Assembly (NCBI GenBank): GCA_020891255.1
Contig: BQFW01000007.1
Coordinates: 62,001 to 126,000, forward strand
DNA from: Entomortierella parvispora E1425
Lineage: Eukaryota > Fungi > Mortierellomycota
Reading direction: 5' to 3'
Length of the DNA: 64,000 nt
The position numbers were made by a program, and so were the translations under genes. Of the stretch, positions 1-12,944 are shown one piece after another. Each line of letters begins with the position of its first letter. Position 1 is the stretch's first letter. The notes under the pieces are model-generated. The model searched no databases. It was not told the DNA's origin and saw nothing but the letters and a program-made list of their open reading frames with translations.

Positions 1-4
1 GCCA

Positions 5-3000
5 ATGCCTCCTAAACAGGCTGCCCCTGCTCCCACCCCCCCCATGCGTTCAAGACCCACCCGAGCTTCTGCTCGGAATCAGTCCTCGGTCTCGGCCTCA
101 GGCACCCCCTCGACCGCAAGCAGCTCCGCAGCCACCCCTGCACTCGATGATAGTCAAATGAACTCGTCCTACTCTTCGCCCAACTCGAGCTTCTCCATGA
201 GTAAGTTTCACGTCAACGACCTCGATGGTATTGATAGCAACGACAGCAGCCTTGTTGATCAGTTGGATGAAGACGACGACGACGACGTCTCAAAAGTCAA
301 CGCCCTCTCCGAGAGTGAGGATGATGACTTCATGCCCTCGAAGGTCCTTCGACCCAGCGCCGTCGCCTTAGGAAAACGGCGGATGGTGGAGGTTCAAACC
401 CCTGTCAGTTCCTCTTCTGCCGTCAAGAGAGCTAGACCCAGTCGTCCTCCAGGAACCGTTACCGTTCCAGAGTCAGATCAAACGGAGGACGAGGGTGATC
501 TGTCCATGCCTTCCGCTTCGGAAGCGTCCATCCCCCCTTCACCGACCCCATCGTCGTCAACGAGGGGCGGCCGAAATAGACCGACTCGTTCTGCCGTCAC
601 CACTGCTGCCTCCAAGACTCGGCCTGCTAAAAGGGTGGCAATTGCTACCTCATCCAAGACTTCGACCTCTCGCGCCACCAACTCAAAAGCAGTCACCAAG
701 CCTACCCGAGCTGCTTCCAGAAAGGCTGCTGCTGCTGTGGCTGCCCAAGTGGCCGATAGTGACGCTGTGAGTGACGATTCTGGAAGTGAGGCTTCTCTAC
801 CGACCGATGATTCAGATGAGAACTCTGAAGAAGAGGACTCGGACGGTGATATGTCGAGTTCCTCATCTGAAGCCGTTGTCGTTACACCTGTCCGCCGCGC
901 ACGCCGCCCGCGCGCACAACGTCCTCGACCAACAATGACATGGGTATGTGCACCGCTGGGAGTTTTTTTTTTTTGTGTTTTCTAATCATATCGCCATATT
1001 GTTCCAAAATACCGTTTACTAGATGGAAAAGGTCAACAAGCAGCTTTTGGAGTTCCATCCGGAGCTGGCAACAGTGTGGGATGATCTTGACAAAATCTCT
1101 ATGGTGGTGCCCGAGTTGGCAGATCAGCCTAAAGGTTTGAGTCTATCTCTTTTACCCTTTCAACGTGAAGGGTTGGGTTGGATGCGAAAGCAAGAGAACA
1201 CTGAGGTAAGTCCTCGAAGAAACTGTTAGATCTATAGCACTGTCTATTTTGTTGTAAAGTGTATTATTTATCGTTTTCATTGACATGCTCTAACGCGCTC
1301 CATCATTTCGTCCGAACAGTTCAAGGGTGGCATTCTTGCTGTAGGTGAACGGATCACATCTATTCCATCTGATGTACTGTGTTTGCCCTGCAGATTATTA
1401 ATCCGTTCTTTTTTTTATATTTTTTTATTATCTCTCTTTCTCTTCTGAAATAGGACGAGATGGGAATGGGAAAGACTATCCAAATGATCTCTCTACTGCT
1501 TTCAGAACCTGGAAAGCCAAACTTGATTGTGGCTCCAACTGTGGCGATCGTGCAGTGGAGGAATGAAATTCAGGAACATGCTCCTTCACTCAAAGTGTTG
1601 ATCTACCACGGGCCTAATCGCACAGAAAGTATGAGTGAGCTCATGAGCCATGACGTCGTTTTGACTACCTGTAAGTGTTATCTTTTTGTGGTTTGCGACA
1701 GTATTCTATGATAAAATCATCCTCTAACCTCTCTTTATTAGATTCAATTATCGAGTCTGGATACAGAAAGCAAAAATACGGCTTTAAAAGACAGGGCAAT
1801 ACTGTTAAGGAAGATTCCTTGTTACATCGTATCAAGTGGCATCGAATTGTCCTGGATGAGGCACACAATATCAAAGAGCGTTCCTGTAATACTGCCAAAT
1901 CAGCTGTAAGTTTCTTATACACCTATCGTACGTCATGTAGTAGCGCGTCAATTGCTAGCCTGAACTAACCATCATTTATCGCAGTTCGAGCTTGTCTCTG
2001 ATCGGAAATGGTCATTGTCAGGAACACCGATGCAAAATCGAGTTGGAGAGCTGTACTCTCTGATTCGTTTTATGCAAGCAGATCCTTATGGGTATGTTTG
2101 TACTTGCTAGTTGTTGGTCGAGAGGGATTGTAAAGCATCGCTTCATTACTGACATGGTCCTTTGCGCCCTCTAGATACTATTACTGCAAGAAATGCCCAT
2201 GCAAATCTTTGCATTGGAAGTATTCCAACATGAGAGATTGTGATATTTGTGGACACAGACCCATGGAGTAAGTTTCTTCATTGGTTTGATTCGTATTCAA
2301 AAGAAGATCTGCCTGAACCATCGAACTTACACCTTTCATGTTTATTGATAGCCACGTTTGCTGGTGGAACAATGAAGTTCTTAGGCCAATTCAAAATTTT
2401 GGGACAGTCGGTGCTGGTGAGACGGCTTTTGCAAAGTTGCGAAAACTCTTAGACAGAATCATGCTTCGGCGAACCAAAGTCGAGCGTGCCGACGACCTTG
2501 GGTTGCCGCCTCGAAAGATGACCGTGGCTCGCTATTTGTTCAATGAGGAAGAGGAGGATCTGTATGAATCTCTTTTCTCGGACACAAAGAGAAAGTTCTC
2601 GACGTATGTGGAGCAGGGAACTGTCTTGAACAACTACGCAAACATTTTCGAGCTTTTGACAAAGATGAGACAAATGGTTGACCATCCAGATTTGGTGCTC
2701 AAGAAGGTCAAGCCAGGAGAAATTGGTCTTCCAGAGACATTTGTCTGCTCAATTTGTCAAGAGGAGGTAATGTGATCCTTTTTCGTTAGACAGCTTGATG
2801 TATATATATCTTATCGCCGACGTTTTTGGTCCCTAACGAGTTTGACTGTTCTTGATTTCTATATATCAGGCCGAAGATCCCATTGTTAGCAAATGTCACC
2901 ATTTGTTCTGTCGTGAGGATGCTGAGCAGTACATCAGCTCATCCGGAATCGAAGCGCCAGAATGCCCGGTCTGTCATATTCCTCTCTCAATTGACCTGCT

Positions 3001-3891
3001 CCAGCCAACCTACACAAAAGACGAAACTGAGATGGATGAAGAAGTGCGGCACAAGACTTTTGCTCGTACATCCATTGTGAACCGAATCAACATGGATACA
3101 TGGCGTAGCTCAACCAAAATCGAGGCTCTAGTGGAACAGCTGTACACACTGCAAAGGCAGGACCGATCGACCAAGTATGGCTTGCTATATTATCAATTGT
3201 TGGTTCTTGGAATTGACACCTATCTCTATCTAACTGAGTTTCATTTCGAACTCTGTAGGAGTATCTGCTTCTCGCAGTATGTTACATTCTTGGATCTGAT
3301 CAAGTGGCGCTTGGAAAAGGCCGGATTCAAGGTAATTCAAAAGAAAAAGAAACTGCCAATCTAATCACTTTTAGGCTCCCTTCACTCACTTACTCACTCA
3401 CACACGACCCAATGTTTTCAACTCATCCCGTAGTGTGTCAAACTTGATGGGCACATGACCCCGTTCCAGCGTGATGCATCTATCAAAAAGTTTTCTGACG
3501 ACCCCAACATCACCGTGTTCTTGATTTCACTCAAGGCCGGAGGTGTAGCGTTGAATCTGACTGCAGCCAGTCGTGTCTTCATCTGTGATCCCTGGTGGAA
3601 TCCGGCTGCTGAATTGCAGGCAATGGATCGCATCCATCGTATTGGTCAATATCGACCTATCTTGATTACACGCCTGATTATTGAGAACTCAATTGAGAGC
3701 AGAATCTTGCAATTACAAGAGAAGAAACAGGCCATGGTTGATAGTACCATTGGTAAGTTAGATGAATATTGGTTAGTTCAATCTGCGACTTGTGAAATGT
3801 ATCTAATGGTTCCGATATTTCTTTAGGCAAAGACCCTGCCGCTCTTGCTCGACTTACACCGGAGGATCTTCGGTTCTTGTTTGTCAATTAA
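5..3891 (+). CDS. RAD16: Rad16 nucleotide excision repair SNF2-family helicase with RING finger (multi-exon)
   Basis: Spliced exons give [19 protein letters not shown]|[10 protein letters not shown] (Walker A; 21-nt microexon 1320-1340), [27 protein letters not shown], the RING segment [22 protein letters not shown] and [36 protein letters not shown]. Ends DLRFLFVN* (TAA 3889-3891). N-terminus is long, acidic and Ser-rich. Confidence 0.95.
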
Positions 3892-4061
3892 CTGGGAATA
3901 AACCGACGAAAATGATCTCCAAGTGGAACTAAATTGGCACTTGGCGAGTTTGATGTTGCAATGCAAATGTTATTTATGCGATGTTCAGCAGAAAAAAAAA
4001 AGAGTGGGACTAGAATGGACCAGAGATAAAGACAAATAAGAGACGAAAAGAGAGAATCTTT

Positions 4062-5714
4062 TCACTGGTTCTTGGCAGCAGCGGCAGCCTCACGCTCTCT
4101 CTTGCGGAGGGCACGCTTGCGGATGTCGACCTGGATGTTGTAGTTCTGATTGACCCAGAAAGCACGGTTGAAGACATTATCAATCAACCAGTTGGCAATG
4201 GCGTGACTGTAGAAAGGAGTAGAGGTATAAGGGGTAGAAGCTCCTCCAGAGACACCGATCTGGCCCAAAACCGAGCGAACATAGGGCTTGGGCATGGGGA
4301 TCAACATGGTAGCACGACGGATCTTGGACATGGCAGAGACAACGAAGTAGGTGTTCACGTTCTGAACAACAACACCCTTGGGAGCCAACTCGGCTCCAAT
4401 GGCCTGAGACCAGCTCGAAAGGAAAGCCTTGGATCCAGAGTAGACAGAGAGGTAAGGGGTGGGGACCAATCCTGCGAACGATCCAAGGTTGATGATCAAT
4501 CCATTCTTGCGAGAGACCATTCCGGGAACAATAATCTTGGTCATCTTCATGGCGGCATTGATGTTGATCTCAACGATATCCTTGACAATCTTGTCCGATT
4601 CCTCCTCGAAGGGGGTAGGGATCTCGTGGTTGGTACCGACGTTGTTGACTAATTGGAAGAATGCGCAGAGAGTTACGTCCTCTGGTCAGTCCCTGCTTTG
4701 ATCGTTCAACGATGATTCCTATAGAATCACGGCTGAAAGGCAACATCAGGTTGGCACAGCAGTTTCCAACAAGACAATATCCTTACCGAGAACAGTGACC
4801 TCAACAGGGGTCAACAAGGTCTTAAGAGACTGGTAATCCTTGTCATCACCCTTGGCGAAATCCATGGCGAAAATCTTGGTCTGGACGCTGTATTTCTCCT
4901 CTGTTAACATCAATATTAATGGTGGTAATAAATATTAGCTTTCCTGGACCAATTGTTATCGCAAATGCGATCAGAAACGAAATAACACCACGACTTTTGT
5001 TGATTAAATGAGTATTTACCGATCTCCTGAGCCAAGGCCTTGAGCTTGCTCTCGGTACGAGAGACCAGGACAATGTTCATCTTCTTGGAAGCCAACTGGT
5101 AGGCAAACTCCTTGCCAATACCGTCCGAGGCACCAGTGATGACTAAATAGATATAAACAGCACAAAAAAAAAAAAAGGTGAGAAAATAAAGAATTACCAG
5201 TGCCGGTTTGCCACTTCACACGGACTGGCATCCCCGCGCCCCACAAGTCGAAGGGCGTTCAAAAAAACCCCTCAATCAGGGTGAAATCGTTGTATGTCCA
5301 TTTGAAAGACCCTTACCAGCCCAACCGCCACGACCAGCGCCGTACTTCTTGAGCTATGATTGATGAGGATTCAAAGCAAGTGAAAGCATGAGAACATAGT
5401 TCGTAGTTCGGTCCATCGATTGTTGTCCGTGCCCACTGAATGAGTGCGTGAAAATGGATCATACATTGACGCCGGAGCGGAAGAAGACGTCCACAAGGAC
5501 CTTGAAGAAGCTCAGGGCCTTGAAGGCAACCACGGCAGCGCCGATGGCACCAAAGACGGCCACGGTGGTGGCGTTACAGTTGGATTCTATGAAGGTAGGT
5601 AATGATGATTGGTCCAGTTAGCTAGGTCATGGATTTGCACCAAGAAGGTGGTCGCGGTTTGCATTGACTAGGAAGGAGACACTGACTCTGCACAAACTGG
5701 GCGATCTTGTCCAT
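4062..5714 (-). CDS. IFA38: Very-long-chain 3-oxoacyl-CoA reductase (KAR/IFA38-like short-chain dehydrogenase), multi-exon
   Basis: Exons read MDKIAQFVQ.., hydrophobic [29 protein letters not shown]|[14 protein letters not shown] (Rossmann TGxxxGxG), [10 protein letters not shown], catalytic YSGSK and [11 protein letters not shown]. Confidence 0.88.
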
Positions 5715-6279
5715 GATATAAATGAAGCGAAGGGTGGGAGGGGATGAGGAGTGAGAAAGAAAGGAAGAGAAGAGAACAGAATAAATGGAAAGGATGGCAG
5801 CCCAACCGAGCGGTGGGGGGACTCCTCCAAGTGAGGCGCTTCCAGGGGCCAGAAGGTCCGCTGGATGTCCCCAACAACGGTCGGTCTGGCGGAGCACTGG
5901 CCACTGATGTCCCATGGAAGGAAGAGGGACTGTCATCTCAATTGATAGCCTTTATTTCCACGCGGGGTTTACGTCTTCGATCGCTATTTCCTGCAACATA
6001 ACGCGATTTTTGTTTGATCGAAGACGCGAGCGCTCATCATCTTCGAAACGAAGGCAGCCGAGAGTCGTTTCCAGTTCTGGCACTCCACTGCATATGCACC
6101 CAACAAAATCCTTAGAGGGGACAACAAGATCGCGGCAACAATTACCCGGGAGTCCGGCAATGGCCGCAACAACGACGTCTCCCTTCTTCACAAGCCCTTT
6201 GATAGCAAGGCTCGAGGTCATATTGTGACATCAAGCAGATCGCCTTTTATTCCTAGTTTACTCGCCACTCTCAACGCGT

Positions 6280-7790
6280 TTGTTTGAGAGCAATGTTGCG
6301 GCTAGTCCTAGTTGCGGCCCATATGAGATCTGCAATCAGCGTCTCCAGCATCTCCTTACTTAGCGATTCTCTAACAACAAGCCGCATAGCCTGAACATGT
6401 TCCTTGGGACAACCCAGCATCGTGTGAGCATCAATTCAGAGACGGCGGAATGTCACACATAGGGATTTTCTTGAAGGAACTTTTCCGTCAACTTGAATGC
6501 TACGTAGGGTGAGCCTGGGTGGGACTTTGTCACGGCTGCGATGCTCATAGATTTCCTTGGACTGGTGAATATCAGAGATCGCATCAAAGTAGCCAGTATA
6601 TTCGAAAGCGTAGGAGAGTGCCCGGGCATTTGCAAAGTTTGTCTCCATGATCGAAGTGTAGACGTCTCTACCATGGCGCACAAAGTTGTAATAATATTGA
6701 CCAATCTACCAAGACAAAGAAGTGTTAAGAGCGCACCGAATGCCGATGACACGTATCACTTACATGTCACAGCATTGGCTCTTACCATAAAGCATGCTAG
6801 TCGTGTTGAGAGTGTAAGAGGTCCGCACTTCGGCTCCCATGTAGTCGATCGTGATGGCGAGCGCCTTCGGAAGGTATTCCTCGCCTCTCCACAAAATCCA
6901 TCCAATACCTGCGTACGCAAACTCGAGTTTATGACCAGAGGCGTCAATTGACTTCACTCAGTCAATTTCGAAGCTCCACTTCAAGCTTGGAAATACGAAC
7001 GGTGCAACAAACCCTCCACTGGCTGCATCGACATGTATTGGAGCGTCCCCAACCTTTTCCTCTTGGATTCGATCTAACTAATCCGACATGCCCTGGACAT
7101 CTTCAAAGTGACCTGTAAAGAGGCTGCCCAGAATGACATAGATCCCGATGGTGTTCTCATCGCAGGCATCTGCCGCCTTCTTGACGTCCAAGCAATAGCG
7201 ACTTTCCAGAGAAACAGGAATCATTCGTCATTCAACATCGAAATAGCGAGTGACCCATGACAGTATTAGCTTTAGACGCGTCTTTGCCTTCAGCCATTCT
7301 CTTTTGTTGCCAGCGTTTTCTCATCGCTAAACCTCCCAAATGAACGGCCTCTGAGTAGCTCACAGTAGCGGATCCAATGATTCGTTGCATTTCCAAAGAT
7401 CGCCAATGATGGAGAACACCTGCTTTGGATTTCTGCTGTAATTGGGTATTCTCCCTACCGCAAATTATATTTTAGTGATGTTAACCTCCTGCCTGCCACG
7501 TTCGATCTTTTCAACGCTCCCAGGGAAAATGGATAATTCCATGATGAGCCTGTCCGCCTCGGGCTCCATCGAAGTGTGGACTAGTCAAAAAGAATTATCA
7601 TGTCAGTGTGTTTACGGTGTCAAGATAATTGGTCACATCCTCAGTTTGTGGTTTACCATAAGATGCTATGTTCATGTTTGGTTTGCTCTCCATTTCTAGA
7701 TCATCATGGGTGAACTGGTAGGCGGCCTGTGAATATCTATAGAGCGTTATGCTAATCTAGTCTTAGACATTGGTTCAGTCGGACCTTGAG
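6280..7790 (-). pseudogene. GAD1: Glutamate decarboxylase (PLP-dependent group II) pseudogene
   Basis: Manual translation gives [127 protein letters not shown] (PLP lysine), YNFVRHG and MRLVVRESLSKEMLETLIADL. In-frame stops at 7228-7230, 7078-7080 and 6958-6960, plus frameshifts and deletions. Boundaries approximate. Confidence 0.9.
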
Positions 7791-8404
7791 GTTCCTGTTC
7801 CTCGACAAGAGCGTCGCGCGCGGGGGTTCTCCCACCTAAGCAGAGGCGTGCTTTCTTGTTACCGCGAATCTTGATGTTCCGAAGGTTTTTCATGACCAGC
7901 GAGAGGGGCTTACGGTTGGTCGATATTCTGAGCCATTAGGAGGAGCAAACTCGACGATGCGCTTGGGTAATGCAATGGTGGCATTCTCGCCCAGCACATT
8001 GTCCTTATTAGAGGACCTATTCAGGAGCATCATGGAGAAGGTATGGAGGTATGGAGTGACAGCTGGCAGGTGTGGACTTTAGCGCGTATGCATGTGTTAT
8101 GTGGGAACCAAAAAAGAGGGAGAGAGCACCCTGTGGAGCGTTACAACTAGCACTAGAGATGCAAAAAGGGGAAACTAAGAAGGATGGTTAGCTTTTGTGC
8201 CTTCTGGAAGAAACCACTGTTCTTATGTTGGTTCTTCTGGTGGACATGCAGGAAGCCCTTGCCTTCAACCTTCCGGATTTTTCTGCGAGATGTGCTGGGG
8301 TTTTATCTAACATTTGTACCTTTCACCGTTCCTTGATCACAGGTTTTCTCCACTCGATCGACACCGGCGCCCTCTGTTTGCTCTATTATTCTGTTTTACT
8401 GCTG

Positions 8405-8575
8405 ACCTGACCCTGACCCTGACCCTGATCAGCAACACTCGGCTGCACCCAACCAACGCCAGCAACACTCGGCCAACACCCAGCAAACCTCCAGCAACAC
8501 TCGGCCAAAACCCAGTAACACTCCGCTAACACCCAAGGCCAATACCCAGCTCACCCCAGAACACTCTGACCCGGC
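8405..8575. repeat. Degenerate tandem repeat island: (TGACCC)x4 followed by ~3 CAGCAACACTCGGC units and variants
   Basis: gacctgaccctgaccctgaccctga followed by cagcaacactcggc at three nearby positions and degenerate copies (cagtaacactccgc, cagaacactctg). Confidence 0.75.
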
Positions 8576-8924
8576 TAATTTCGTGTGTTCACCCAGGACG
8601 AATCGATTTTTCTTTGACCTAGCTATTGTGTCAATTTTATGTCCTGCATGCTCCCTCCTCTGATCCCGATCTCTTTCCCCTTGTTCTCACTGAATCGGTA
8701 GGCGGTGAGCGGCATGAGGTATTCCCACTGTCGCCGAGTTCAAGACTTGGGCCTGGAACATGCCTTACAGTCCTATTTATATGGCCGCACCGTTCACGCT
8801 GGACTTAGTCCAACTCGCCTCTCCCCGAAGTTACTCGGCTCATTTCTTCAGTTACTTGATTCTTCGACATCTGCAAACTCCGGCATCCAAGAAAATGATT
8901 CCTTAAGGCCAGCTTCGTATACAA

Positions 8925-10385
8925 GACTGGATTGGCTGTCAATTTGTTGTGCCTGCAGCCTCATCGTTTTCAAGCTCCACCACGCAGTACATCCCTGCGA
9001 CTAGCCCACATCCCCGTCTCCACCATCGAGGATGTTGAGGTGGCCGTTAATTCTTCCAAGAAAGCCTTTCTTGTTTGGGCAGGGTATTCCATTAAGGACC
9101 GAGCTGCCATCCGGATCGGTTTCACGTCCTAATAACTCAGCATATCAGTTCATTGGCGGATATGGTGGTCTTGGGGCACGGCAAGAACAAAGCCGAGGCG
9201 ATAACGAGTGTGCTGAAAAACCAGGGGCTCGTGGAGTACGCTCTGTCCTTGCCTCATGTCTCCCAAGGATGGAATCTAGAAGTCTCCAAGAGCAACACAT
9301 GCCACGATACTCGTGTCCGTGGGTTACCGACAATTTTTTTCTTCGCTCAAATTGTCTTTGCTCACAGTATCACCTCCTTTCTCACTCTTTGACATCGAAT
9401 AGCTGTCAATGCATTTATCGATCATCCAGATGTCGAAGTGGTGACATTTGCTGGAACCTCTAAAATTGCGGAGATCATTGCCCAAAGAAGATGTCATCGA
9501 CTCAACAAACGTCTTCCTGCGCTTAGGGGAGCAAAGGTGCAACCTCCTCTGTTCCCCCCCTTTCCTTTTTATTTACTAATCTATACCTCCCTCCCCTGCT
9601 TAAGACGCCCAACGTTTAACAACTAAAACCACTCTCCCTGCTTCTAGAACCACTACAGTGTCGGCGCCGGATTGAAGAAAGAGAAAAAACGAGATAAAAA
9701 AAAGAGAGATGTTCCAAACTTCGGTTATAGATTAATCGCGGGTGGAATTAGAGCGATGACTGACCTGAAGAATGGACCCGTAGGCTGATCTTGAAAGTAC
9801 TACTCGATTCATCCACGAATCCACGAGGCTGAGGCCTCTGGGGTTAAGATCTTGGTGGATGGACGTCAATAGACCCAAAATCTTTCGGAAGGGTGTTGGA
9901 TTGGACCGACTGTGATTCTTCATACGAATGAGGAGGATGCAGCGCTGCGCGAGGAAATCTTTGGATCCTGACGAGGCTATCGAGATGCAAACTGTCAGCC
10001 TTTATGGAAATGGGGCCGGTATCTACACTAACTCGGGTGCGACGGCCGATTTCTTTCTCCAGCGCTTCAATGCAGGAATGTGTGGCATCAAGTAAGACTC
10101 CAAAAAAAAAAAAAAAAGAGAGAGAGAGCTCGAGCTCCCGCACTATTTTTCAATTTGCGCTGTCATGCAATTTGTATACCTTCTTTTTGATGTATTTAGT
10201 GTTGGTTCTCCTGTGCCCAAGGAGCCGTTTTCCTTTGGGGGTTGGAACAAAAGTCGATTTGGCACTCACTGTGACATTACATGGGATAGTGGTGTGGAGT
10301 TCTTCACCTTCAGGAAAAAGGTGGCAACCAGGTGGGCACGCACAGAGAACACGCCTTGGATTAGTTCCAACTTTGAGAGACGTCG
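8925..10385 (+). pseudogene. mmsA: Methylmalonate/malonate-semialdehyde dehydrogenase (ALDH6-like) pseudogene
   Basis: Fragments: WIGCQFV, STIEDVEVAVNSSKKAFLVWA, GKNKAEAITSVLKNQGLVEYALSLP..GWNLEVSK, VNAFIDHPDVEVVTFAGTSKIAE..LRGAK, WIGPTVILH..LREEIFG, YGNGAGIYTNSGATADFFLQRFNAGMCGI and PVPKEPFSFGGWNKSRFG..DITWDSGVEFFT. Multiple stops and frameshifts; the central segment (NxP region) appears to be missing. Confidence 0.8.
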
Positions 10386-10519
10386 ATGTAATCTGAGTTG
10401 CTGACTACAAACAAAAGAAACAGATATCGTGTAAATGAAGATTTTTTATTGTACAATTTGGTTTACATGCCCAGTGTTGGGTCAAATGGATATAAAAGTT
10501 GAAGGGTGAGGGGGTTGTT

Positions 10520-12944
10520 CTAGGTTCGTACACCGTAGTCCCAAACAAAGACTACGCCGTCATCTGCACCACTGACAATTCGGGTATCTCCCAACCCAAC
10601 GCACGTCACTGGCCCTTCGTGTCCCGAAAGAGTGTAGAGGCAACGTCCACTCTCAGTGTCCCAGACCTTGATTGTCCTGTCCAATGATCCAGACACAATT
10701 CTCAACTTGTCAAAAGCCAAAGACCAGACACCTTCGACGTGTCCAAACAGCGTGTTCAGACACTCGCCCGTCTCAACATCCCAAATCTTGAGCATATTAT
10801 CGAGTCCTCCGGTGACAATGATAGGCATCATGGTCGGTGCTTCTGTGTCGGAATTAGGGTCGTACAAAGGCGAAGGTGGTCGAGCAGGTTCCACGACACC
10901 CGAGCGATTGATGCTACAAACATTGGTCGAGGTCGCTCCTACTGTCCCATTTTCATATGCCTTTTGTCGCATCCGATCTGCAATAATAGAAATTAAAGCA
11001 TCGCCCGACGTTTGCAAGCATTGTACTTGTCTAACATGTCCGTTGAATGTCCTAAGGCACGTCCTAGAGGCGATATCCCACAACTTGACCGTGGTATCAT
11101 CACTGGCCGAGACCAGTAACTTCTTCTTGTAAATCTGGACCTTGTTGACAAGATCGAGGTGTCCCTTCAACGTGGAGCATTCCCCTGTGGCAAAGTTCCA
11201 GATCTTGATTGTCGAGTCTACTGAACCTGAGGCGAGGATCCGAGAATCGAAATCCAGGGTGACAACACCATCTGTATGTCCCTGAAGCGTCCGGATACAT
11301 TGTCCAGTATGATAATTCCAGATCTTGAGCGTCCTATCCATCGAGCCCGAGATCAACTTTGCCTCATCGAAATGCAATGCTCGGACACAGAGGGCGTGTC
11401 CGGTCAAGGTCCTCAGACATTCAGCCGTCTCAATATTCCAGACCTTGATTGTGTTGTCATATCCTCCTGTGATCAAGAACGAGTCGTCGAATTGAAGACA
11501 CATTACACCATCTGTGTGGCCACGGAAGGTTTTGAGCTTGTAGTTTCGTTTCCGCCAATTGCGCTCCACGATCAATCGCTCCGAGTAAATCTCTTTCCAG
11601 GGTCTCTTGGTGGCCACTTCAGCTGGCTTGACTGGTGGTTCAGGTGACTGGAATAGAGGCGCTGCAGCTCGCTTCGATCCCGAACCATTGGCGGATTGCT
11701 GAGAGGAAGAGGGCTGAGGTGAGGGAGTGCGGGAACCATGGCGAGTTCTCTTGGCAGCACGGTCCTGGTCTATTTCATCTGAAGCACTGCGACGACGCGA
11801 GGGCCAGTCTGACCCAGCAGAGCCTTCTGTGGGGGAAAGCGAGGCAGTCGAGATGGGAGGTGAGGGGTGAGATGGTGCTCTAGCTGCTGCTGCCGCTGCC
11901 AACTGTTGCAAGTCATGATGATCAGCGTCCATTTTCAATTGCGGTGTCTGTCTTTGAAGCTGCTGCTGCTGTTGCTGTTGCTGTTGCTGTTGTTGTTCTA
12001 GCTGTCTCTTGGATCGGACCTTCTTCTTCTCCAGAAGGGGTAGACCCCAACCACACTTTGTGCACTTCAGTCCAATGTGTTGTTCGCACATCCTGTGCCA
12101 GACCACATCGTCGTCAGCAAGGCGCTTCCAGCTTTTGCAGACCTGAGCAGCATGGCAAAGTGAGGTGGCATCAAGGTAAGAGAGAATACGGAAGGCAATC
12201 TCGGGTGGAGTGATGGAGAGGAAATCGATTCTCAACAGGGGTTGCAAGTGGTTTGAGAGGAAGGAGAGTTGAGGAACGCAGCATTGGGTCAAGAGTCCGC
12301 TCAAAACCAGTTGCCGAACGCCGGCGGGCGCTGATCCAAAGAGAGACCAGATATGCGAGATGATCTGTTGATCCTGTTGCGGGAGTCGCTTGATATCCTG
12401 TTGGGTCAGGGAGAGCACGAGAGAACGAGAGAGAGAGAGAGAGGAACGGAATGTTAGCAAGGAGGTGCTTTGGTAAGCCGAGCCTGTTCGCTGAGTGGAT
12501 TTATGGTGGGGTGCAGCGTGGGACATGTTGCGGCAGACAAGTGCTGGTGGCCACAAAGGGCGCCGTCTGTCTGCCACTGTCCACCGTGCAATGGGAGCTG
12601 TGCCTGCAAGTGCAATTAAGCTCACAAAGGACCCGATCCCCCAACAAACACATGCAGAGTGGTGCCAATCATACCTGCTGCAGCTCATCGAGCTGGATCT
12701 CATCGGCTGCACGCTTGGATCGCAAATCGGGGCGATGACGGTAACAGAGTCGCTTCTCCGCCTTTGCGGCCCTAGAGTCCGCGGAGGATTTTTCTGACCA
12801 GGAGAGGGTGGGGAAGGAGGGTGGCAATAAGTTGTCTGCAGAAGGCTGGACAGGGGCCAGATCCTCAAGGGCATCTGGATTGAGGCAAAGCGATGGCGCC
12901 AACAGATCCGATGAGTCAACGGGCGAAGGCGAGTCGTAGGCCAT
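10520..12944 (-). CDS. sconB: F-box/WD40 sulfur controller SconB/Met30; two exons (12944-12675, 12397-10520)
   Basis: Exon 1 has the SconB-type LCYRHRPD motif and ends at a GTATGA donor; 277-nt intron ending CAG. Exon 2 has QQIISHIWSLF..QCCVPQLSFL, F-box DFLSITPPEIAFRILSYLDATSLCHAAQVCKSWKRLADDDVVWHRMCEQHI, CTKCGWGLPLL, RPWKEIYSER, then WD40 repeats (GHTDGVMCLQFD etc.). Confidence 0.92.
11962..11998 (-). repeat. CAG/CAA polyglutamine tract within SconB
   Basis: (CTG/TTG)n on the + strand encodes EQQQQQQQQQQQL. Confidence 0.9.

Noticed and set aside
4203-4652. 149-aa + strand ORF
   Set aside because: Antisense shadow of the IFA38-like reductase exon; no recognisable motif.
5940-6270. Open frames on both strands between IFA38 and the GAD pseudogene (e.g. 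MTSSLAIKGLVKKGDVVVAAIAG..)
   Set aside because: Looks coding-like and may be another decayed fragment, but I could not assign any family. A tblastx search would be needed.
7800-8100. Short minus-strand frames upstream of the GAD homology
   Set aside because: No convincing match to a GAD N-terminus or any other protein.
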